NCBI GenBank assembly: GCA_964578525.1
Contig: CAZODG010000003.1
Span: forward strand, 1 to 36,101
Source: an uncultured Actinomycetota bacterium
Lineage (GTDB): Bacteria; Actinomycetota; Humimicrobiia; Humimicrobiales; Humimicrobiaceae
Direction of reading: 5' to 3'
DNA length: 36,101 nt
Position numbers and translations under genes: made by a program
In this document: one piece after another, positions 17,433-27,079 of the stretch
Layout of the letters: every line of letters starts with the position of its first letter
Numbering within the stretch: position 1 is the first letter of the stretch
Notes under the pieces: model-generated
Told to the model about the DNA's origin: nothing
Seen by the model: only the letters and a program-made list of their open reading frames with translations
Database searches by the model: none

Positions 17433-19061
17433 ATGAAATTAATAAGAATTCTAAAAGGCAGCAGAATAGCTGAGATCGATGCAAAAGCCATAGCGGACGG
17501 AATAAATTCAAAACTGCTTATGAAAAATGCGGGCAGCGGAGTTTCTAAAAAGATTTTAAGCGATTTTGAAAATACGAATCTAAAGAGAACAGCCAGAGGC
17601 ATTGTTATTTGCGGAAGCGGGAACAATGGCGGAGATGGGTTTGTGACTGCCGGCGATTTGCTTGATTATGGAATGAAGGTAAACATATTTTATCTGTCCC
17701 CTGTAAGTAAATTCAGTCCCGACAGTTTGTTTTATTTCGAAAAGCTCCGGTCAGCCAGAGGCAATGAATTATATTATTTGGATCTCAAAGATAAGAAAAT
17801 ATTTTCTTTATTCGAAGAAGAGATCAGGAAAGCAGATTTCATCGTAGATGCATTATTTGGCACAGGCCTTCATGGCGATGATATCCGCGGACCTTCTAAA
17901 GAGGTTATCGGAATCATAAATTCAGCCAGAAAACAAAACAGCGATCTTGCGATTTATTCCGTAGATATTCCTTCGGGTATTGATTCCGACTCAGGAAAAG
18001 TTCTAGGAACGGCAGTAAGGGCGGATAAAACCATAACCTTTGGCTGCAAGAAGATAGGACTGGTAAATTATCCGGGAGCGGATTTTACAGGAGAGATCGA
18101 AATTATCGATATAGGTATTCCGGAAAAATATTACGGCATATATGAACAGGTTTTCGAGCCCGATTTCAGGTGGGTGGCCGAAAATATTCCTGTAAAAGAA
18201 TCATGGACATACAAGCATAAAGTAGGAAATCTGCTGGTGATAGCAGGCTCGATTGGATTTACCGGTGCTGCAGCAATGACCTGCATGGGTGCCCTGAGAT
18301 CGGGTGCCGGAATGGTATCGCTTGTCTGCCCCCGTGAGTTAAATGATATTTATGAGGAGAAGTTGACGGAAGTCATTACGTATCCCGTGGAACAAACGGA
18401 AGATATTTCCATACATCCGGATAGCCTGAATAAAATTTTGGAACTTGCCGACAGATCCGACGCCCTGGCCGTGGGACCTGGACTGTCGAGGAACCCCGAC
18501 ACGATGCACCTTGTAAGGGAACTGCTTAAGAAAATAAAAAAACCGCTGGTGCTGGACGCCGATGGTCTTTCTGTATTTTATGGACAGGAAGATGTTAAGA
18601 AAAATAGCGAATATGATATAGGAAATTTGGACCTCAAAAACGTTGTGATAACACCTCATGCCGGAGAAATGTCATCGATAAAGGGTGTGGATAGAATTAA
18701 TCCGGAAGACAGGATCAAAATAAATATGGAAATTGCCAAAAAATATAAATTGATATCTGTGCTTAAAGGCGCAGGGACAGTGATTTCGGATTATAATGAT
18801 ACCACTTTTATCAATCCTACCGGAAACTGGGGCCTGGCATCGGCAGGTACCGGTGATATTTTGACCGGTATCATTGGTTCACTGCTCTGCCAGGGAATGG
18901 GACCGCTGGAGGGTGCGGTTTGCGGGGCTTATATCCATGGTATGGCAGCGGATATCATGATAAAAGAAACCAGCAGGGCCTCGCTGATTGCAACAGATCT
19001 TTCAGAGGGGCTGAAGAGAGTTTTTTTAGAAATAGAGAAAGTCAAATACAAAGATATTTGA
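17433..19061 (+). CDS. nnr: Bifunctional NAD(P)HX epimerase/dehydratase (YjeF)
   Basis: Motifs GSGNNGGDG, VDALFGTG, VDIPSG, GALRSGAG, VLDADG, TPHAGE and GTGDILTG. Confidence 0.95.
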   Translation: MKLIRILKGSRIAEIDAKAIADGINSKLLMKNAGSGVSKKILSDFENTNLKRTARGIVICGSGNNGGDGFVTAGDLLDYGMKVNIFYLSPVSKFSPDSLFYFEKLRSARGNELYYLDLKDKKIFSLFEEEIRKADFIVDALFGTGLHGDDIRGPSKEVIGIINSARKQNSDLAIYSVDIPSGIDSDSGKVLGTAVRADKTITFGCKKIGLVNYPGADFTGEIEIIDIGIPEKYYGIYEQVFEPDFRWVAENIPVKESWTYKHKVGNLLVIAGSIGFTGAAAMTCMGALRSGAGMVSLVCPRELNDIYEEKLTEVITYPVEQTEDISIHPDSLNKILELADRSDALAVGPGLSRNPDTMHLVRELLKKIKKPLVLDADGLSVFYGQEDVKKNSEYDIGNLDLKNVVITPHAGEMSSIKGVDRINPEDRIKINMEIAKKYKLISVLKGAGTVISDYNDTTFINPTGNWGLASAGTGDILTGIIGSLLCQGMGPLEGAVCGAYIHGMAADIMIKETSRASLIATDLSEGLKRVFLEIEKVKYKDI

Positions 19062-19090
19062 TTAAAAAATATAAGTGAAGGAGATTAAAG

Positions 19091-19546
19091 ATGTCAGAGC
19101 TTTTAGCAAAGAATATCATGACAAAAAAAGTCATAACTATAAATAAAAATGCTTCGGTAGAAAAATTATCGGAACTGCTTTTAAAAAATAAAATAAGCGG
19201 CGTACCGGTAGTCGATGATGACGGCAAGCTGGTAGGGGTAGCCACGGAAGGGGATTTGATCGTAAAGGATTCCGACCTGCATTTTCCAAGATATTTCAAA
19301 TTGCTTGACAGCATAATATATCTTGAAAGCCTGAATAAATTTAAAAGAAATCTTAAAAAATATCTGGGGACAAAGGTAGAGGATATCATGACCGAAAAGG
19401 TCAGAACAGTCAGCGAGGATACTCCTGTCAGCGAGGTCGCTAATATAATGATAAGAAACAATGTAAACAGGGTACCCGTCCTGAACAGTAAAGGTGATCT
19501 CGCCGGTATAATTACAAGGGCGGATATAGTTAAATCAATGGTTTAA
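19091..19546 (+). CDS. CBS-pair protein
   Basis: Two CBS repeats (ISGVPVVD..GKLVG; VNRVPV...G.LAGIITRADI). Confidence 0.93.
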   Translation: MSELLAKNIMTKKVITINKNASVEKLSELLLKNKISGVPVVDDDGKLVGVATEGDLIVKDSDLHFPRYFKLLDSIIYLESLNKFKRNLKKYLGTKVEDIMTEKVRTVSEDTPVSEVANIMIRNNVNRVPVLNSKGDLAGIITRADIVKSMV

Positions 19547-19571
19547 AAACAATTATTTTAATCAAGATTAA

Positions 19572-20750
19572 GTGAATAAAGATCCAATAATAGATAAAAG
19601 ATTTGCATGGGCCGAGATAAATCTCTCCCATTTGTGCCATAATTTAAAAATAATCCAATCATTTGCCAATTCCAAAAATACAAAAGTAATGGCAGCCGTC
19701 AAAGCCGATGCATATGGTCACGGCGCGGTCGAAGTCTCAAGGCAGGCCATAAAATGCGGTGTGTATGCGCTGGGAGTGGCAATAGCCGAAGAAGGCATAG
19801 AATTAAGGACATCGGGAATAACGGCGCCCATTTATATTTTAGGTGAAAGTCCTCCTGAAGCAGTAGAAGAGGCCATAAAATATGATCTGATCCTTAATAT
19901 AAATTCATATAAAGCGGCACAGTTTGTTTCGGAAGAATGCGTAAGAATCGGAAAAAAAGTAATAGTAAGTATAAATATAGATACAGGCATGAACAGGATA
20001 GGAATAAACTTCAATGATGCCGTTAGTGAGATTTTAAGGATATCTTCACTTCCCAATTTAAAATTAGAAGCTGTCTCCACTCATTTTTCATGCGCCGGCG
20101 GCAAGGATGACTATTATACGGAACAACAGTGGAAAAGATTCAATGAGATTATCGGTAAGGTGAAGGATAAAAAGATAGCTGTAAAGATTTTTCACTGTGC
20201 GAACAGCGCAGTATTTTTCAGACACAGAAACATGCACCTTGATATGGTCAGGACCGGGATTTCAATATATGGGCTTAATCCTTATGATGAAGATTATACA
20301 GAATGGCTGGATCCCGGAGTGAGCAGTGCGGTATCCGGACTGAAACCCGTCTTCAGCCTCAAAACAAGAATAACCTTTATTAAAGAGGTTCCTTCAGGTG
20401 AAATGATTTCATATTGCGGAACTTTTAAAACGAAAAGAAATAGTATCATAGCTACCGTACCTGTAGGATATGCGGATGGATATCCAAGATCGCTTGCGAA
20501 TAAAGCTGCGGTTTTGATTAAAGGAAAGTCCGCACCTGTAGTAGGAAATATCACAATGGATCAGTTTATGATAGATATCACCGATATTGCAAAAGAAAGC
20601 CATATAAATGCTGGTGATGAAGTTATCCTTATAGGTGATTCCGGAGATAAGAAAATAACTGCAGATGATATTGCCAGGTTAATGAATACCATAAACTATG
20701 AAGTCGTATGTATGTTCAAAAAGAGGATCCCCAGGGTATATATAAGATAA
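19572..20750 (+). CDS. alr: Alanine racemase
   Basis: Motifs AAVKADAYGHG, IDTGMNRIG, HCANSA, GYADG and VGNITMDQ; GTG start. Confidence 0.97.
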   Translation: MNKDPIIDKRFAWAEINLSHLCHNLKIIQSFANSKNTKVMAAVKADAYGHGAVEVSRQAIKCGVYALGVAIAEEGIELRTSGITAPIYILGESPPEAVEEAIKYDLILNINSYKAAQFVSEECVRIGKKVIVSINIDTGMNRIGINFNDAVSEILRISSLPNLKLEAVSTHFSCAGGKDDYYTEQQWKRFNEIIGKVKDKKIAVKIFHCANSAVFFRHRNMHLDMVRTGISIYGLNPYDEDYTEWLDPGVSSAVSGLKPVFSLKTRITFIKEVPSGEMISYCGTFKTKRNSIIATVPVGYADGYPRSLANKAAVLIKGKSAPVVGNITMDQFMIDITDIAKESHINAGDEVILIGDSGDKKITADDIARLMNTINYEVVCMFKKRIPRVYIR

Positions 20751-20834
20751 GAATGGTCCGCATTTAAGTATTTTACAATTTCTCTATACTGTGCATAATA
20801 AATGTTACTATTATTAATTGGAAGGGCGTTTGCG

Positions 20835-21413
20835 ATGAAAGCAAAAAGAAATATAAAATCAAAATTACTGTTTACCGCTATATTTTTATTTATGATTATT
20901 ACCGTTATCAGTACATCATGCGCATGTCCTTTGTTTTCATATATTGAAAGGATTACCGGATTGGAAATAAAAACCGGTAAGGAAATCGATAAAAATCTGG
21001 TTAATGAAGAGTTGATCTATCCCGATTCTCTGGCCCTTGTACAGGTAGAAGGCGATATGAATGAGATTATGGATTTAATTGATAAGTATGGCGGAAGTTT
21101 AGCCGGAGAAGATCTTGCGATCCTTGAAAACCTGCCGGAGAATATAAGAGACGAGGAGTTCACGGCAACAATATATTCTACCCCTGATAATAAAACGGAA
21201 GTCCTTGATCATTACGGGACACTTCACAGCAAAGGATGGTTGATACTGAAAATACAGGATATAGCTGAAGAAGGAAATAATGAGCAGGGTACGATGCTTC
21301 TTGCCTCGAAAGGAACAGTTGAGCAAGCTTTTGTGCTGGCTGAAACACGGAAAAATACTTTCATAATATTTATTGATATCGATCTGGAAGCATTACTGGA
21401 AATGCAGAAATAA
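20835..21413 (+). CDS. Hypothetical exported protein, possible lipoprotein
   Basis: Basic N-terminus and hydrophobic stretch ending STSCAC. ATG 20835 preferred because TTTACA-16-CATAAT (20772-20799) ends just before the track's ATG 20802. Confidence 0.65.
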   Translation: MKAKRNIKSKLLFTAIFLFMIITVISTSCACPLFSYIERITGLEIKTGKEIDKNLVNEELIYPDSLALVQVEGDMNEIMDLIDKYGGSLAGEDLAILENLPENIRDEEFTATIYSTPDNKTEVLDHYGTLHSKGWLILKIQDIAEEGNNEQGTMLLASKGTVEQAFVLAETRKNTFIIFIDIDLEALLEMQK

Positions 21414-21491
21414 ATTAATTTCAGAGAGATCTAATAAATTAAAATAATTAAGAATATTCGATATGTTAAAATTCAGGTGCGGAGATCTTAA

Positions 21492-21938
21492 ATGAAAAGA
21501 AAAAATTTAATATTATTGATTTTATCAGTATTTATCCTGATGCAGCTTGTTATGGGATGCAGGCCTATAGATGAGCAGGCGCTTACTTTTACCGATCAGG
21601 CAACGGAAAAATATCTGGCTGCATTGAATGATCAGGATTACTCTGGTTATAAAGAAGATATGGATGCCGGTATGCTTGAAGCAGTTACGGAAGAAGAATT
21701 TTTAAAATTTTCATCATATTTAAAGGAAAATGCCGGAGAATATATGCCGGATTCGAAGAAGTATTCCGGCTATACAACTAAAAATGGAAATATTCTGGTA
21801 GTTTACAGAGCTGGCTATACGTTGGAAGAAGCAGGAGTCGTAGTGACTACCGTGATCTCTAAATCAATTGAAGGAACTTATAAAATATCGGGTTCCTGGT
21901 TCGACTCCCCTAAATTAAGGGAAACAGGATATGAATGA
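21492..21938 (+). CDS. Lipoprotein, DUF3887-like
   Basis: VMGC lipobox; pattern 'YLAALND.DY...MD..M.EA' and C-terminal KISGSWF. Confidence 0.65.
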   Translation: MKRKNLILLILSVFILMQLVMGCRPIDEQALTFTDQATEKYLAALNDQDYSGYKEDMDAGMLEAVTEEEFLKFSSYLKENAGEYMPDSKKYSGYTTKNGNILVVYRAGYTLEEAGVVVTTVISKSIEGTYKISGSWFDSPKLRETGYE

Positions 21939-22023
21939 TTTTTGAAGTTTGAATGGATATTTTATTAATGTTAGAATAATAAAAATTCTTAATAATATTA
22001 TTTATAAACTGACTGGAGGCATA

Positions 22024-22395
22024 ATGAAAAGAATATTACTACCGGCTTCACTCTTGTTAATTGCCGTGATGTCGCTTCTTGGAACCGGCTGCAAGTATGG
22101 ATGGCAGGCAGGAGAGGTTTGGAAAGGGATGGCCATCAGCGGATTATCGGGTGTGCTTATCTGCTTTGCGGTAATCGCAGGCCTGATAGGGCTTTTCTTC
22201 TTTGTTGTATGGATCATTGCCCTTGTGGATTGCGCAAAAAGGAAACCAAATGAGTTCCCGGTCGGAACCGGTGGAGAGAATGCTAAAACCATGTGGCTCG
22301 TTATTCTAATCGTGACCTTTTTTGTAAGTCAACTAAATGGCATAGCAGCAATCGTTTATTATTTTATGGTAATGAGAAAAAAGCCCAGAAAGTAA
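22024..22395 (+). CDS. PLDc N-terminal-like membrane protein with lipobox-like N-terminus
   Basis: Pattern WIIALVDCAKR...K.MWLVIL...IVYYF; start MKRILL...LGTGC after SD GGAGG. Confidence 0.7.
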   Translation: MKRILLPASLLLIAVMSLLGTGCKYGWQAGEVWKGMAISGLSGVLICFAVIAGLIGLFFFVVWIIALVDCAKRKPNEFPVGTGGENAKTMWLVILIVTFFVSQLNGIAAIVYYFMVMRKKPRK

Positions 22396-22446
22396 CTGAC
22401 AAAAAAATAAAGAAACTACAAAAATAATTCTAAAGTATTATATTTG

Positions 22447-22483
22447 ACTCCCTGTTAAATTAATTTTTAATCTGACAGGGAGT
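22447..22483. terminator. Hairpin between convergent genes (probable bidirectional terminator)
   Basis: Perfect 9-bp arms ACTCCCTGT (22447-22455) and ACAGGGAGT (22475-22483), extendable inward. Confidence 0.6.
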
Positions 22484-22683
22484 TATTCTTCCGATTCTCT
22501 ACCTGATGTAAATTCATTCAGTAAATTTGAAATTGAGGAAGGAATGATTTCTTTCTTTTTTAACAAACTCATCAAGTTTTTTAGACCTACCCTCTTTACG
22601 ATATAACCGGCGATTGCTCCAATTATTGCGCCTCCTACTATGTAGCTTATATCTTTCTTATCAAATTTATTCTTTTCGTTCAT
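22483..22683 (-). CDS. Small single-TM protein (66 aa)
   Basis: TM segment YIVGGAIIGAIAGYIV; SD-like GGGGGT upstream; ends at the hairpin. Confidence 0.7.
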   Translation of the reverse strand: MNEKNKFDKKDISYIVGGAIIGAIAGYIVKRVGLKNLMSLLKKKEIIPSSISNLLNEFTSGRESEE

Positions 22684-22876
22684 CTTTAAAACCCCCGGTT
22701 TATAAAAATTGATTAAATATCATTTAAATCATTATAACCCAATATATACCATTATTTCAAAATTATAATCAAGGGAATATCCGTTAAGGTTCATTTGAGT
22801 ACAACAGATATTTTTTGTTGTATAATATAAAATTCATGGATTTTGATTATTGGAAATATAATAGAGCCATAAAAAA

Positions 22877-23584
22877 ATGAAAATCGATTTCAATAACCCG
22901 GTTAGCAGCCTCAATCCTGAAAGATTCAGGTATCTGGATCTTATAACCGGTCTTTTTGTCGCGGTGCTTCTCATTTCCAATATAGCTTCATCTAAAATCG
23001 TGGAAATCTGGAAATTTACTTTTGACGGCGGAACAATTCTCTTTCCGCTATCCTATATTTTTGGGGATATACTGACAGAAGTCTATGGATTCAGACGAAG
23101 CAGGAGGGTAATATGGATAGGATTTTTCTGTGCGGCTCTTATGTCTTTGACTCTGGGACTAATAGGTTTGATCAGACCCGCCAGCGGCTGGGAATATCAG
23201 GAAGCTTATATGAGAATACTTGGACAGACGCCGAGAATAGTCACTGCTTCTCTTATTGCTTATTTTGCAGGAGAATTTTCGAATTCCTTTATTCTGGCAA
23301 AAATGAAGATCCTTACGAAAGGAAAATGGCTTTTTACAAGGACAATTGGTTCTACCATTGTCGGTGAGGGAATTGACACAATAATTTTTGTACTTATAGC
23401 TTTTCTGGGAGTATATCCAAACGATCTGGTGCTCCTTATTATTATTTCCAATTATATTTTTAAGGTTTCTCTTGAGATTGTCTTTACTCCGCTTACTTAT
23501 AAAATTGTTGGATTTTTGAAAAGAGTTGAAAAAGTGGATTGGTTTGATTACAGGACCAACTTCAATCCTTTTATTTTTCCGTAG
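22877..23584 (+). CDS. yhhQ: Queuosine precursor transporter (YhhQ/VUT family)
   Basis: Motifs SNIASSK, FPLSYIFGDILTEVYG, PRIVTASLIAY and RTIGSTIVGEGIDT. Confidence 0.92.
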   Translation: MKIDFNNPVSSLNPERFRYLDLITGLFVAVLLISNIASSKIVEIWKFTFDGGTILFPLSYIFGDILTEVYGFRRSRRVIWIGFFCAALMSLTLGLIGLIRPASGWEYQEAYMRILGQTPRIVTASLIAYFAGEFSNSFILAKMKILTKGKWLFTRTIGSTIVGEGIDTIIFVLIAFLGVYPNDLVLLIIISNYIFKVSLEIVFTPLTYKIVGFLKRVEKVDWFDYRTNFNPFIFP

Positions 23585-23599
23585 CAGATCCGGTAAAGT

Positions 23600-24469
23600 T
23601 TAATCGACTTCCGGCGGCGGGTAGCGGTAGTGTCCCACAATTTCGTATTCCTGAAGTACATCGACCTCTTCCAGTTCATTATTTTCAGGTGAGATCATTA
23701 TAACCAGATTGATCCCATTGTCATTTGTATGAGTAGAAATAAATCCTCCGCGGTCCTTATCGACATTGTTTTCATCAAAACGAAAATAAACTATGTCTCC
23801 TGGCTGCCAGAAGAAATCACTGTTTTCATCTTCAAGGTCATATTCATGGGGAAGCGTAGTCAGGGCATTGCGGCTAAAAAATTTTTCCTGGAAAACTACG
23901 TCTCGTGAATCGATATGCTTTATCGGCGTCTTTCTGCCTGTCTTATCCATGGGGTAATCTTCTTTATGTTCGACCATATCCTGATATATCAGTTCCAGAA
24001 GATCGACTCCGCATTCATTATATGTCATAGAAATTACATCAGTGGAGACCCATACATTAGTGTTGGGGTAACCTGTATCGGGATAAAGCTGATATCCGTA
24101 TTCTATGTCTCTATCAAGCATTTCCAATGACTTTAAGACAATATTCTTCTGGATATCGGTAAGATTCTGGGTTCCTGTTTCGACCCCGTTTTCTTCTGTC
24201 TCTGCTTCCGGAATCTCTTCGGTCACGGCAGTATCTTCACTTTCGGTAAATCCGGGTTCCGAATCCCCGGAAGTTATATCAAGGGTCAATTCGGAAATAG
24301 GGAAATCTACTGAAGAAGAAAATAATTTTTCAGGCAGAATGGATACTTCTTCCGTGTGGCACGCTCTCAGGGCGAGTAACTGTATTATGGCTATGACTGC
24401 AATTATATAAATCAAATACCTGTAGCTTATGCTTCTAATATATTGTTTCTTTCTGATTCTTTCTTCCAT
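23600..24469 (-). CDS. Membrane-anchored DUF1287 (YijF)-like protein with degenerate catalytic motif
   Basis: TM anchor and acidic linker, then GYP...VSTDVI...G.DL.ELIYQDM...ID.R.V...FF.R...WQPGDIV...IVGHYRYP. Confidence 0.75.
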   Translation of the reverse strand: MEERIRKKQYIRSISYRYLIYIIAVIAIIQLLALRACHTEEVSILPEKLFSSSVDFPISELTLDITSGDSEPGFTESEDTAVTEEIPEAETEENGVETGTQNLTDIQKNIVLKSLEMLDRDIEYGYQLYPDTGYPNTNVWVSTDVISMTYNECGVDLLELIYQDMVEHKEDYPMDKTGRKTPIKHIDSRDVVFQEKFFSRNALTTLPHEYDLEDENSDFFWQPGDIVYFRFDENNVDKDRGGFISTHTNDNGINLVIMISPENNELEEVDVLQEYEIVGHYRYPPPEVD

Positions 24470-24613
24470 ACTCTGATATATTATATTAAAAGACGAATAA
24501 AATTAAGAGGGTAAACATATTTTTAAAGTGGAAAGTATCGCAAAATTATTGTAATATGGTAAAAATTAGAAATTCCCGGTTTAAATATCAATAAATATGA
24601 GATTGGGGGGAAA

Positions 24614-25021
24614 ATGCCTATAAAACAATTGACAGTCTTTCTGGAAAATCAAACGGGCCGGCTGGCAGAGGTTGCAAAAATTTTAAAGGACCGTGATATA
24701 AATTTACAGGGATTTTCTACAACCGAGGCAAGAGATTATGCAATCCTCCGGTTGATGGTATCGAATGTAGAATCAGCGCGAAAATTACTCAAAGAATCCG
24801 GCTACACTACTCACCAGGCCGACGTAATCTGTGTTGAGATCCAGGACAGGCCGGGCGCACTTTATGAAATCCTTGATATTCTGGCAAAGGAAGGTATAAA
24901 TATAGATTACATATATGTTATTTCAGGGTCAAGGATTATTTTAAGTGTTGCCGATATTTCAAGAACAGAAGAGATCTTGATTGAAAACAATATAAAAGTA
25001 TGCACCAGTCAAACTAAATAA
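24614..25021 (+). CDS. Tandem ACT-domain protein
   Basis: Motifs QLTVFLENQTGRLAEV...IN and DRPGAL..IL..L...GINIDYIY. Confidence 0.9.
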   Translation: MPIKQLTVFLENQTGRLAEVAKILKDRDINLQGFSTTEARDYAILRLMVSNVESARKLLKESGYTTHQADVICVEIQDRPGALYEILDILAKEGINIDYIYVISGSRIILSVADISRTEEILIENNIKVCTSQTK

Positions 25022-25078
25022 TCAGTAAAATAAAAAAGATTTCCTCCCCCTAAAAAATTCTTACTTCTTATTTTGTTC

Positions 25079-25106
25079 TTGATATTAATTTTTTTATCAA
25101 TATAAT
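25079..25106 (+). promoter_or_regulatory. Putative promoter of the Rrf2-met/cys cluster with overlapping palindrome
   Basis: TTGATA-16-TATAAT; inverted repeat TTGATA-N10-TATCAA at 25079-25100. Confidence 0.5.
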
Positions 25107-25165
25107 GCTACTTATTAAATAATATTAATAGTATTTATAAATCATAAATAAAGTAGAAGAGTGAG

Positions 25166-25606
25166 ATGAGAATATCTACCAGAGCAAGATACGGATTAAG
25201 ATTAATGGTGGAGATAGCCTTAAACTATAAAAAAGGTCCGATACTGCTTAAAGATATTTCTAAGAATATAGATGTTTCTGAGAAATATTTGAGTCAGATC
25301 ATGATACCTCTGAAAGGCAAAGGCCTGGTAAATACCTACAGCGGAGCACACAGCGGGTATATCTTAAGCAGACCACCTTCCGAAATCAAACTTAAGGAAA
25401 TCGTGGAGATCCTGGAAGGAGATCTGAGCCTGATCGACTGTGTTAATAATCCCTCTGTCTGTGACAGAGTATCTACCTGTGTGACCAGGGATATCTGGAC
25501 AGAAATAGGAGACAAAATATCGAAAGTTTTATGTTCATATACTCTGGGTGATCTTGTAAAAATGTGCATGGAAAGAAAAGATGATAGGATAATGTACAGT
25601 ATTTGA
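25166..25606 (+). CDS. Rrf2-family transcriptional regulator (three Cys)
   Basis: Motifs ISTRARYGLR, SEKYLSQI..PL...GLV and C-x6-C-x5-C. Confidence 0.93.
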   Translation: MRISTRARYGLRLMVEIALNYKKGPILLKDISKNIDVSEKYLSQIMIPLKGKGLVNTYSGAHSGYILSRPPSEIKLKEIVEILEGDLSLIDCVNNPSVCDRVSTCVTRDIWTEIGDKISKVLCSYTLGDLVKMCMERKDDRIMYSI

Positions 25607-25711
25607 ACTATACCCATATCAGCCTGATCTTTTTATAAATATTTATTTTAGAAAATTTAAAAATATTTTTAAGGATTACGAATGTGAAATTTATAGGAAA
25701 GGGGAAATATA

Positions 25712-27010
25712 ATGAGTAGAATTGATTCAAAATTAAAACCGGAAACGCTGGCGCTCCACGGAGGCCAGGAATCAGATCCCACTACGGGAGCCAGAGCTGT
25801 TCCCATATATCAAACCACTTCTTTTCAGTTCAAGAATTCGGAACACGCTGCAAATCTTTTTGCCCTGAAGGAATTTGGTAATATTTACAGCAGGATAATG
25901 AATCCCACAAATGATGTTCTGGAAAAAAGAATTGCACTTCTTGATGGCGGAGCCGGAGCTCTGGCGGTTGCAAGCGGACAGGCAGCGGAAACACTGGCAA
26001 TTCTCAATATAGCTCAAGCCGGAGATGAAATAGTCTCTGCCAATAATCTGTATGGCGGGACTTACAATCTTTTCCATAACACATTTAAAAGGCTTGGCAT
26101 AAAAGTCAATTTTGTAAAATCTTCCGATCTTGATGCTTTTAGGAATGCCGTTAATGAAAAGACAAAAGCAATTTATGCGGAGTCCCTGGGAAATCCAAAG
26201 CTCGATGTAACGGATCTGGAAAAACTTTCTGCAGTAGCGCATGATAATGGTATACCATTGATATTGGATAATACTGTTTCCCCTTATATCTTAAGACCAT
26301 TTGATTTCGGAGTGGATATAATAGTATATTCTGCGACAAAATTTATCGGAGGCCACGGGACGTCGATTGGCGGTATCATTGTGGACTCCGGTAAATTCAA
26401 CTGGGAAAATGGGAAATTTCCTCTAATAACTGATCCGGAACCTGCTTATCATGGGCTGAAATTTGTTGAGGCATTCAAGACCGTTGGAAATATTGCTTAT
26501 ATTTTAAAAGCAAGAGTCATTTTACTCAGGGATCTTGGACCGGCTCTCTCACCATTTAATTCATTCTTATTTTTGCAGGGTCTTGAAACCCTGCCTCTTA
26601 GGATGATAAAACATAGTGAGAATGCTCTGGGGGTAGCGGAATTTCTTGAATCAAATCCGCTGGTTAACTGGGTCAGTTATCCCGGCCTTAAATCAAGTCC
26701 GGAAAAATCAAAAGCTGAAAAGTATTTGAAAAAAGGTGCAGGAGCTATTATAGGATTTGGAATAAAAGGCGGAGCAGAATCAGGTAAAAAATTTATAGAT
26801 TCGCTGGAACTGGTTTCCCATCTTGCCAATATCGGTGATGCAAAAACACTTGCCATACATCCCGCGACAACCACACATCAGCAGCTTTCTGAAGAAGAAC
26901 AAATCGCTACCGGTGTAACAGCGGATTTTATAAGGCTATCAATAGGTCTTGAACATATTGATGATATTATTACCGATATCGGGCAGGCACTAAAGAAATC
27001 CCAGGAATAA
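25712..27010 (+). CDS. metY: O-acetylhomoserine sulfhydrylase
   Basis: Motifs [29 protein letters not shown] and [23 protein letters not shown]. Confidence 0.95.
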   Translation: MSRIDSKLKPETLALHGGQESDPTTGARAVPIYQTTSFQFKNSEHAANLFALKEFGNIYSRIMNPTNDVLEKRIALLDGGAGALAVASGQAAETLAILNIAQAGDEIVSANNLYGGTYNLFHNTFKRLGIKVNFVKSSDLDAFRNAVNEKTKAIYAESLGNPKLDVTDLEKLSAVAHDNGIPLILDNTVSPYILRPFDFGVDIIVYSATKFIGGHGTSIGGIIVDSGKFNWENGKFPLITDPEPAYHGLKFVEAFKTVGNIAYILKARVILLRDLGPALSPFNSFLFLQGLETLPLRMIKHSENALGVAEFLESNPLVNWVSYPGLKSSPEKSKAEKYLKKGAGAIIGFGIKGGAESGKKFIDSLELVSHLANIGDAKTLAIHPATTTHQQLSEEEQIATGVTADFIRLSIGLEHIDDIITDIGQALKKSQE

Positions 27011-27079
27011 CAGGGATGTCCTTTTTATCGATGTTTTAAGGGTAAAATATCTTATTTATTAATTGGGAGGAGAACTAAA

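Noticed and set aside
25607-25711. SAM riboswitch or T-box upstream of metY
   Set aside because: AT-rich with no CTTATCnAGAG or T-box motif and no terminator.
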